Positions 9,718 to 17,853 of a DNA stretch of 28,157 nt are shown in pieces. Each line of letters begins with the position of its first letter. The first letter of the stretch is position 1. This DNA comes from Tubiluchus corallicola. Taxonomy: Eukaryota > Animalia > Priapulida. The translations under genes were made by a program, and so were the position numbers. Location of the stretch: contig JAQGDQ010002462.1 of the NCBI GenBank assembly GCA_030141605.1, forward strand, positions 1 through 28,157, written 5' to 3'. The notes under the pieces are model-generated. The model saw only the letters and a list, made by a program, of their open reading frames with translations, was not told where the DNA came from and did not search any database.

Positions 9718-10965
9718 TTATACCTCTAGTTTATCAAAAGCTTTCTTTATCATTTCTGCAGCTTTTCCACATTGATTTTCAGGTACAGAACATGGAGTGA
9801 ATCGAATTCCTTTTTTTAAGGCCACTATGAATATGTTGTCTTTTTCAAGTTCTTTAGATATTTCTTCAGGTTTTTTACAGGGTATAGATATAAAATAGCC
9901 ACCTCTATATGGACAAACATCTAATCCTACTTCTTTGGATTTTTTTAAAAATGATTTTGCTCTTATTTTTAAAAGGTTAGCAAAATCTTCTCTTTCCTTT
10001 TTTAATTTATTACTTAACTCTTGGTTATTCATGATTTTGGCTAAAGTTGTCATTGCAGCTCTATTATTGTTTGACCAAGTACCTCTATTTGAAAATTTCA
10101 TAGCATTTTCAAATTCATTGGCGAGATCTTCATTTTGTGTAATACACATTATTGCTCCTGTCCTTAATCCATACAATGCAAAACTCTTTGACATGCTATA
10201 AGCAATAATAGTAAATACATTCTCAGAAAAGCTATTTATATATTTGCTAAAATCTCTTGACTCTTCTTCGCTTCCTGCAAAGTCAATGTATGCAACATCT
10301 AAAACTAAGATTATTTTCTTTCCATTCTTATTTTCTCTTTCAAAGGTTTCTTTTATAAATTTAAAATCGCCAGAATTAATTGTATATCCTGTTGGATTGT
10401 GAGAAGGTGTATTTAAAATTACCATAAGTTTATCTTGCTTTTGTAAAATTTCATGAATTTTTTTAGAAAATGCTTCTTTGTTGAATTCGTAATTTTCATT
10501 GAATAATGTATATGTGTCAATGCTTCTTCCATGTTCCTTTGCTATTACACTGTAAGGATTCCAATGCCAGTCAGATGTTAATATTTTATCTTCAAAATCA
10601 GTGTAGTTCCATATAGCGTGTCTAATAGCTCCAGTTCCTCCCATTGTTGCAATAGTTCTTATATATCCTTGTGGTAGGTATTTACCAAAGCATGCTGTTT
10701 TTACAGCATCAAGGTAGTCTTGAATCCCGCTTATAGGAGCATAAGCTGCTATATCTGAGTTTGGTAATTTTTTAAGAGTTTCCATAACAACTTCAAATGT
10801 TTTTAAATTCCCAGCATCATCTAAAAAAGCTCCTATAGTAGAATTTATAACGTTTTCAGCACCATATTTTTTCATTGCTTCTTGTGCTTTTTTATTGATG
10901 CTAAATATTTTATCATTCATTGGCGGTCTTTTAGAGTGGGGTGACACCATGCTTACTGATGACAT
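9718..10965 (-). CDS. PLP-dependent aminotransferase class I/II (aspartate/aromatic aminotransferase-like)
   Basis: GGTGA, HNPTG, DVAY and SMSKSFALYGLRTG (PLP lysine). Confidence 0.9.
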   Translation of the reverse strand: MSSVSMVSPHSKRPPMNDKIFSINKKAQEAMKKYGAENVINSTIGAFLDDAGNLKTFEVVMETLKKLPNSDIAAYAPISGIQDYLDAVKTACFGKYLPQGYIRTIATMGGTGAIRHAIWNYTDFEDKILTSDWHWNPYSVIAKEHGRSIDTYTLFNENYEFNKEAFSKKIHEILQKQDKLMVILNTPSHNPTGYTINSGDFKFIKETFERENKNGKKIILVLDVAYIDFAGSEEESRDFSKYINSFSENVFTIIAYSMSKSFALYGLRTGAIMCITQNEDLANEFENAMKFSNRGTWSNNNRAAMTTLAKIMNNQELSNKLKKEREDFANLLKIRAKSFLKKSKEVGLDVCPYRGGYFISIPCKKPEEISKELEKDNIFIVALKKGIRFTPCSVPENQCGKAAEMIKKAFDKLEV

Positions 10966-10977
10966 TTTGTTTCCTCC

Positions 10978-11793
10978 TTAGTTTATCATTAAAATATTTT
11001 TAGCTTCTTCAACTGATGCAATTTCTCTTCCTAGCTCTTTTGCAATTCTAACAACTCTTTTAACAAGGGACTCATTGCTTGCTAAAATGCCTTTTTCATA
11101 ATATATACAGTCTTCTAGACCTGTTCTAACATGTCCCCCTAAAAGTATTCCTGTTGCTATCATTTTAACTTGAGAGAGTCCTATTCCAGATACTGACCAA
11201 GTACTATTTTTAGGGAGAGAGTCTACTAAAAACATTAAGTTTTTTATAGTGCCAGGTATTGAACCTGGGACATTCATAACTAAATTGAAATGAAGAGGTC
11301 CTTTTATAATTCCTTTCCTTTCAAGCTTTATTGCATTATTAATCATAGCTACATCAAAGATTTCAATTTCAGGTTTTATATTATTTGCAGTCATTTTTTC
11401 TGCTAAGGACCTTATAAGGTCAGGAGAATTACCATTTATAGAAGTTGGGAAATTTGAAGACCCTGTTGAAAGGCTTGCCATATGGCAGTTTAGATCAAGC
11501 ATTTGGCCTCTGTAACCAGTAGTGTTTTCTCCTCCCCTTGCTCCAGTTGATAATTGTTTGATAACATTGATATTTTCACTTTCAATTAAATCTAATAGAT
11601 CTTTAAACTTATCTTTGTCACTAGTAGGTTTATTGTTATTATCTCGAACGTGCATGTGAGCAACAGAAACACCTAATTGAACACATTTTTTTATATCGCT
11701 GACAATCTCCTTATTATTAAGTGGTGAATTTGGATTAAGGCTTTTAGTAGGGACGTTACCTGTAGGTGCTAAAGTTATAACTAATTTTTCCAT
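10978..11793 (-). CDS. beta-keto acid cleavage enzyme (BKACE / DUF849, Kce family)
   Basis: ITLAPTG, Zn-binding HMHVRD, QLSTG, PEIEIFD, GGHVRTGLED. Confidence 0.93.
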   Translation of the reverse strand: MEKLVITLAPTGNVPTKSLNPNSPLNNKEIVSDIKKCVQLGVSVAHMHVRDNNNKPTSDKDKFKDLLDLIESENINVIKQLSTGARGGENTTGYRGQMLDLNCHMASLSTGSSNFPTSINGNSPDLIRSLAEKMTANNIKPEIEIFDVAMINNAIKLERKGIIKGPLHFNLVMNVPGSIPGTIKNLMFLVDSLPKNSTWSVSGIGLSQVKMIATGILLGGHVRTGLEDCIYYEKGILASNESLVKRVVRIAKELGREIASVEEAKNILMIN

Positions 11794-11820
11794 ACTTAAA
11801 ATCTCCTTTTATATAAAATG

Positions 11821-13179
11821 CTACCTTATATCATTGCATGTTTCTTTTATGGATTTTTCTAATTTGCTATAAAGATCATCTATTTCTTCTTTTGTGATAT
11901 TAAATGGAGGTGCAATTAGTATATGATCTCCTCTTACTCCATCGACACTTCCTCCTCCAGGATAAAGAACAATTCCATTATCTAATCCCTTAAATGTAAC
12001 TTTATTTTTTATATTTTCCATAGAACCAAAAGCTTCTTTAGTGTCTTGATTTTTTACAAATTCTATACCAATCATTAACCCTTTACCTCTTATTTCTCCA
12101 ACAATAGGATAATTGTATAAGTTTTGTAGTTTTTCCATGAAATACTTACCCTGTAACCTACAGTTCTCGACATAGTTTTCTCTTTCAATGATTTCTAAAA
12201 CTTTTGCAGAGATACCGCATGATAGAGGATTCCCTGCATAAGTGTGTCCGTTAACAAAATGTCCACTTCCTTGTACCATGATAGTATCAAATATCTTTTT
12301 ATTTGCAACAGTAGCTCCCATAGGTGTATATCCACAGCTCATACCCTTTCCAGTTGCAACTATGTCAGGTTTTACATTATAATGGTCTATTCCTAGATTT
12401 TTTCCAGTTCTTCCAAAACCGGCCATAACTTCATCAGATATCATAAGTATATCATATTTATCGCAGATTTCCCTAGCTATTTCAAAGTATGTTGGAGTAG
12501 GATGTATCCCAGGAGCTGCAGATCCTACAACAGGTTCTGATATGAAAGCGGCAATATTTTCAGGTCCATTAGCTAAAATGCACCGTTCTATTTCTTCAGC
12601 AGCCTTAACGCTTGTTTCCTCTAGTGTTTTTGTACCCCAGACATTTCTATAGTGATAAAACTGTGGTATTTTAGGAAAGTTTACAAGCATTCCATCAAAA
12701 TACTTTCTTCTTCCAGTTATTCCTGTCATAGAGAGAGCTCCTAAAGTATTTCCGTGATATGAAGTCCACTTTGAAATGATCTTGCTTTTGCTAGTATTTT
12801 GTCCGTCTCTTTCTACAAAGTATTGCCTAGCCATTTTTATTGCTGTTTCTGTAGCCTCAGACCCTCCTGAAACAAAATAAACATGATCTAGACTTGTAGG
12901 CATCCAATTAACCACCATCTTAGCACACTTTTCTATTGAGTCCACTGTCCATCTAGATAAATGAGTAAAAGCGATTCTCTCCATATGTTCTTTTGTATAC
13001 TGGGCGATCTCTTTATTGCCATGACCAATATTTGAAACAGCAGAACCACAGCATGCGTCTATATAACGATTTCCATTTTCATCAATTAAATAAATACCTT
13101 CACCTTTTTTTATCTTAGGATAATGCCAATTTTGATTTCTATAAAAGACATTATTTTTAGGGGCCTTATTTAAACTCAC
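11821..13179 (-). CDS. PLP-dependent class III (omega/beta) aminotransferase
   Basis: GHG, SGGSEATETA, SYHGNT, FISEPVVG, DEVMAGFGRTG, GKG (PLP lysine), GHTY; GTG start with AAGGAGG upstream. Confidence 0.93.
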   Translation of the reverse strand: MSLNKAPKNNVFYRNQNWHYPKIKKGEGIYLIDENGNRYIDACCGSAVSNIGHGNKEIAQYTKEHMERIAFTHLSRWTVDSIEKCAKMVVNWMPTSLDHVYFVSGGSEATETAIKMARQYFVERDGQNTSKSKIISKWTSYHGNTLGALSMTGITGRRKYFDGMLVNFPKIPQFYHYRNVWGTKTLEETSVKAAEEIERCILANGPENIAAFISEPVVGSAAPGIHPTPTYFEIAREICDKYDILMISDEVMAGFGRTGKNLGIDHYNVKPDIVATGKGMSCGYTPMGATVANKKIFDTIMVQGSGHFVNGHTYAGNPLSCGISAKVLEIIERENYVENCRLQGKYFMEKLQNLYNYPIVGEIRGKGLMIGIEFVKNQDTKEAFGSMENIKNKVTFKGLDNGIVLYPGGGSVDGVRGDHILIAPPFNITKEEIDDLYSKLEKSIKETCNDIR

Positions 13180-13508
13180 TATTTTTAATACCTCCTTAAA
13201 AATTTACATGTAATCATTGATTATTTTTTATACTTAAAGTATACCTGACATTTAAAATATATTAAAGAAATATATTTAAATTAATTAAATTTGAAACAAA
13301 ATTTTAATATTGAATGAACCTATATTTTATAGTTATTACATTCATGCTATAATTATTTTATATAATGCACATAATAATTTTATATAGTGAGTTCAAAAAA
13401 GTAATAAAGAAAACTAGCGAATTTATAAAAAGTATAAATAACTTAAATAGTAATTATTTAACTAAGTATTTTGTTTAATATATAATGATCTACAAAGATG
13501 TATCTCTA

Positions 13509-13537
13509 TTGACAACCCACTTATCATATGTGATAAT
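13509..13537 (+). promoter_or_regulatory. sigma70-type promoter of psuK-psuG with an overlapping palindrome
   Basis: TTGACA (13509-13514), 17-nt spacer, TGtGATAAT extended -10 (hexamer 13532-13537). TTATCA-tatg-TGATAA inverted repeat at 13521-13536. Confidence 0.7.
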
Positions 13538-13684
13538 GTGCATAATTAACAATTTATAGATAAAGAAAATATAATCTAAAAAACTTTAAAATTTATAATA
13601 TTTCTAATCTATGCCTAGGGTAAAAAGCATCATATTTACTTTAACTTTGTATTAATGCTAAACATTTATGATAAGGTGAATCTT

Positions 13685-14608
13685 ATGAAAGATTATATAT
13701 TAGTAATCGGTGGTACAAATATTGATATACAGGGAGTTGCTAAAAATAAAATAAAACTTAATGATTCAAATATAGGTAATGTAAAGTGTAGCTTTGGAGG
13801 AGTAGGAAGGAATATTTCTGAGGTATTATCTAAATTAAATTTGAATATAAAGTTAATTTCTACAATAGGTAAGGATTACTATGGCGATAAAATAAGTTTA
13901 TATATGAAAGGTATTAATATAGATATTTCAAACTGTATTTTTACCAACAAAACGTCTGTATATCTATCTGTGCTAGATGATGAAAAAAATATGTTGATAT
14001 CTGTTGCTGATATGAATATAGATAAAGTTTTAGATGAAAAGTTTATAAAAACAAAGGAAAAACTAATAAAAGACTCTAGTATTGTAGTACTTGATACTAA
14101 CCTATCTCAAAACACTATAAAATATTTAATTAATAACTATAAAAATAAGTTTTTTATAGATGGCGTTTCAAGTGAAAAAGTAAAAAAAATAAAGGGACAT
14201 CTTTCTAAAATTGACACTTTAAAAGTTAACAAATATGAAGCTGAAGTTTTATTTAATAAAAAATTTGATATAAACAATATAAAAGAATATAAATCATCAC
14301 TTTTAGAAACAGGTCTTAAAAATATATTTGTAACATTTGGAAAAGATGGAGTTTTTTTTCTAAATAAAAGATTAGGTGGCTTTGTAACAAGTAAAAACAT
14401 AGACCCACTTAATACTAATGGAGCTGGAGATAGTTTTATGGGAGGGATCGTATACGGAGCTTTACAAGGGTATTCTATTGAAAAAATAGCGGCTTTTGCA
14501 ACAGGAGTTAGCTCTATAAATATAATGTCAGAAGATACCATATCAAAACTAATTAATATAAACTACGTAAATCAAATAATAAAGGAGAAAGTAAATGTTA
14601 ATTTATAA
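13685..14608 (+). CDS. psuK: pseudouridine kinase (PfkB family)
   Basis: VIGGTNID, GGVGRN and NTNGAGDSF PfkB motifs; overlaps psuG. Start moved to ATG 13685 (AAGGTG RBS) from the track's 13655. Confidence 0.82.
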   Translation: MKDYILVIGGTNIDIQGVAKNKIKLNDSNIGNVKCSFGGVGRNISEVLSKLNLNIKLISTIGKDYYGDKISLYMKGINIDISNCIFTNKTSVYLSVLDDEKNMLISVADMNIDKVLDEKFIKTKEKLIKDSSIVVLDTNLSQNTIKYLINNYKNKFFIDGVSSEKVKKIKGHLSKIDTLKVNKYEAEVLFNKKFDINNIKEYKSSLLETGLKNIFVTFGKDGVFFLNKRLGGFVTSKNIDPLNTNGAGDSFMGGIVYGALQGYSIEKIAAFATGVSSINIMSEDTISKLININYVNQIIKEKVNVNL

Positions 14609-15530
14609 AGATTATTTAGATATATCTCCAGAAATAAGTGAAGCTTTAAAATATAATAGACCTATAGTAGCCTTAGAATCAACTATAATATCTCATGGCA
14701 TGCCATACCCTATTAATGTAGAGACTGCCCTAAAGGTGGAAAGTATAATTAGAGAAAATGGAGCTGTTCCAGCAACTATTGGGATCATTAATGGTAAAAT
14801 GAAAGTAGGATTAACAAAAGATCAAATAGAGTTTTTAGGAAAATCTAAAGATATTTTAAAAACTAGTAAGAGGGATTTACCAATTATTTTGTCTAAGAAA
14901 CTAAATGGTGCGACTACAGTAGCATCAACAATGATAATTGCAAACTTAGCAGGTATTAAGATATTTGCAACAGGGGGAATAGGTGGAGTTCATAGAGGAG
15001 CAGAAAATAACTTTGATATATCAGCTGACTTGGAAACATTAGGAAATACTGATGTAGCAGTTGTTTGTGCAGGGGCTAAATCTATTTTAGACCTTGGGTT
15101 AACTTTGGAATACTTAGAGACGAAGGGAGTTCCTGTCTTAGGATATAAAACTGATGACCTTCCAGCGTTTTACTCAAGACATAGTGGTTTCAAATTGGAG
15201 TACAAATTTGACTCAGCAAAAGAAATAGCAAAGACTATTGAAATAAAATGGCATTTAGGTATACATGGTGGAGCGATTGTTACAGTTCCAATTCCAGAAG
15301 AATTTGAAATAAAAAAAGAAATAATAGATGAAGCAATTGAAAAGTCATTGGAGGAAGTGAAAGCAAAAGGCATTAGTGGCAAGGAGATAACGCCATTTCT
15401 TTTAAATGAAGTAAAAAATATTACAGAAGGAAAAAGCTTGGATGCTAATATAAAATTAGTTTATAATAATGCAGAAATAGCAGCAAAAATAGCAGTATAT
15501 TTTTCTGAGCGTATAAAAAGAGAATTTTAA
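14595..15530 (+). CDS. psuG: pseudouridine-5'-phosphate glycosidase
   Basis: VALESTIISHGMPYP, ATTVASTM, FATGGIGGVHRG, DISADL, GAKSILD, TPFLL. Confidence 0.97.
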   Translation: MLIYKDYLDISPEISEALKYNRPIVALESTIISHGMPYPINVETALKVESIIRENGAVPATIGIINGKMKVGLTKDQIEFLGKSKDILKTSKRDLPIILSKKLNGATTVASTMIIANLAGIKIFATGGIGGVHRGAENNFDISADLETLGNTDVAVVCAGAKSILDLGLTLEYLETKGVPVLGYKTDDLPAFYSRHSGFKLEYKFDSAKEIAKTIEIKWHLGIHGGAIVTVPIPEEFEIKKEIIDEAIEKSLEEVKAKGISGKEITPFLLNEVKNITEGKSLDANIKLVYNNAEIAAKIAVYFSERIKREF

Positions 15531-15580
15531 AATAATATAATAACTAAATTTATCCAAAAAAGTGAGGGGGCTTAGATTAT

Positions 15581-16204
15581 ATGCTAAAAATATTTAATGA
15601 TAAAGTATATGGTCTTGAAGAAAGCATTGATGCAAGCTCATACCCAATGAAATCTACTGAAATTGTAAAGCATGCCAAGGCTAAGCTTGTTTCTAAAGAT
15701 TATTTGAGAGGACAGAAATTGGGGGCTGTGAATTTAGGCACAGGGCATGACTGCTATTTAAAGGGAATTATTGTACAATTTGATGTGACTTACCCAAACT
15801 ATTGGAGTCCTCAATTTCAAAGGTATCATTTTGCAGATATAGTAAGCTCTACTTCTAAAATGCATAGACTTACAAGAATGGACATTAAAAAATCATGTAA
15901 TAAGTATGTAGACCTTGTTATTATTGATAATTTAAATAAATGGATAAAGATATACAACTCTTTAGATGAAAATACTGTAGTAGTAGATGCTAAAGAATAT
16001 ACAAAATACGATATTTTTATGAAGATAATTTCCAACACCCCCCTTGGATTTGAACAAACCATGAGGGTGACAACTAATTATTTACAATTGAAAACTATTT
16101 ATTTGCAAAGAAAAAACCATAAATTGAAAGAAGATTGGGGAAATTTTTGCAACTGGTGTGAATCACTACCAATGTTTAAAGATTTATGTTTAAAAAATAA
16201 TTAA
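15581..16204 (+). CDS. conserved hypothetical protein, probable divergent ThyX/Thy1-fold flavoprotein of a family often seen in phages
   Basis: Clear ORF with RBS GAGGGG. Blocks GHDCYL..IIVQFDVT, QFQRYH..SSTSKMH, P.GFEQ..VTTNY.QL..IY.QR..HKL follow the layout of ThyX. The fold call is from recollection and has not been searched. Confidence 0.5.
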   Translation: MLKIFNDKVYGLEESIDASSYPMKSTEIVKHAKAKLVSKDYLRGQKLGAVNLGTGHDCYLKGIIVQFDVTYPNYWSPQFQRYHFADIVSSTSKMHRLTRMDIKKSCNKYVDLVIIDNLNKWIKIYNSLDENTVVVDAKEYTKYDIFMKIISNTPLGFEQTMRVTTNYLQLKTIYLQRKNHKLKEDWGNFCNWCESLPMFKDLCLKNN

Positions 16205-16707
16205 TGAAGCTATCTACAAAGCCATCTATAAAATAGCGAGATAAACTTTTACAGCTTGTGGAGTAAATTGAGATAAAAAAACTAAAGCTTAAACTTTAGC
16301 TTGATAATATCAAAAGAATATCAGACTCTGCTTTAAAATTAGCCTAGTTTTTAATTAAACCCATATTTTAACTTTAACTTTTTTTAGTTTGTATAGATAA
16401 TTTTATTGCTGCTTGATGGTTTTACTTTAGTAAATGTTAATTTAAAGGTCTTATACTACAAATGGATATACCAAGTTTTGTTTAGAGTAATTTTAATGGA
16501 CCTTTTATTCATAACAATTTGTTAAATGACTAAACATCTGAATTTTTATTTCTAAATCCTCATCTAATCTGATTGTGGTATTAGTTTTTAGAGGTAAAGA
16601 TGTCTTGAAGTGCTAAATTTTATTTAGATCTAATATATTTTTTAACACTTAACTTACTGAGAAGTACTATTTTTGATTAGTCAGAGTCAGGCATAGTCTT
16701 TATTGGA

Positions 16708-17832
16708 TTAATTATTTTTGTGTTTTTGATTTACAACTTTTTTAGTGGCTTCTATTTTTTTATCTGTATATAAAACAACATCTTTTATAACTAACTTTTG
16801 AATTGCAGACATAAAAGTCTCCATTATTGCATAATTTGGTTTTTGTTGTTTTATTGGGAGTAAAATATCTAATTCATCTGCATCCTTTGCATAAAAATTT
16901 TTTCCATAATTAAATTTTCCTGTGTAAGATGATTTATGTATTGCAGTAGCTAGAAAAATTGCAGCACATTTAGGCAAGTTCTCAGTATGAACAACTGCAA
17001 TATGATCATCGCCCCCATATTTATAATTTCTGTATTTTGCAGAACCAAACATATCAATAGTTATTGTATTTTCTGAAAACACAGTGACATTATTTCCAAT
17101 AAATGCAGAAATACCCTCATTTGTTTCTCCAGCAGTAACAAAAGGTAAATTTCCTGAAATTCTATCTGCACTTTTTAACCGTTTACCGCGAATAGATTTT
17201 CCAAATAATTTTTCAAGATTAAACGTTCCCCAATTCACATTCTCAAAATCTTGCAATACTTGTTGTTCTTCAGCTGTTAACTTGTGATTTTTTAATTCAC
17301 TAGCTAATAAATATGCTTCCAGTTCTGCTATTCGCTTTCTTTCTAGTTCTGCTATAAAAGTTTCCATAAATTCAAAATCTATATTTCCATTTTTGACAGG
17401 GAGTTGTATTTGGGTTTCATTGAAAATTTTTTCAAAGTTACGTACTAATACACTTTTAAAAAGTTGGTCATTTTTATTTAACAAACTAATGAAATAAGTA
17501 GCTAATTTTTGATTTAAGGAAAATTGCTTTGGTATTGCTTGTTTTGTAAACTACCCTGCATAAAAATCTTTTTGCATATAAAAAAATTGCATTCCAAGCA
17601 TTCCTACAGCAAGACAATTTCCCTTTATTTTGTGTTTTTCATCTAAATAATCTACATAGCCTGTTATGCCATTATTAAAAGCTGTCCTTGTAAAATAGGG
17701 ATATTCACCATTATCATTAAATATAAAACTATCTTTATTCAATTGTGGATTTCCTTTGATATCAAATAAATCACCTAATTTATATTCACCCCACTCAACT
17801 TTTTCTAGCTTTTTATTGAGTAGGGTATCTAC
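16708..17832 (-). pseudogene. restriction-modification specificity (S, BcgI-beta-like) subunit with two TRDs; in-frame TAG at 17551-17553; no own start codon before the first motif
   Basis: One continuous frame: VDTLLNKKLEKVEWGEYKLGDLF...PYFTRTAFNNG...FYAG*FTK...DFEFMETFIAELE...VNWGTFNLEKLF...LPFVTAGETNEG...ITIDMFG. The two W-G-x-x-x-L-x-x-L-F repeat starts are typical of S-subunit half-domains. Confidence 0.85.
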
Positions 17833-17853
17833 TTTCCCTGATTTTTATCCTTT
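17788..17853 (-). promoter_or_regulatory. candidate -1 programmed ribosomal frameshift cassette linking the RM and S frames
   Basis: SD-like AAAGGA (17853-17848), slippery G_GGA_AAG (17838-17832), TAG (17831-17829), stem ACCCUACUCAA / UUGAGUGGGGU (17826-17816 / 17798-17788). Confidence 0.65.

Noticed and set aside
10978-11793. Calling the BKACE kce of lysine fermentation
   Set aside because: It lacks the TGAE glutamate associated with 3-keto-5-aminohexanoate binding, and no kamA, kamDE, kdd or kal genes are in the window.
15581-16707. Prophage remnant around the ThyX-like gene
   Set aside because: No structural, integrase or other phage-like ORFs are adjacent.
17551-17553. In-frame TAG in the S subunit as evidence of stop-codon reassignment or pyrrolysine
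   Set aside because: TAG ends several normal-length genes here (rdgB, tmcAL, MalE-like SBP, class III aminotransferase). A single nonsense mutation is simpler.
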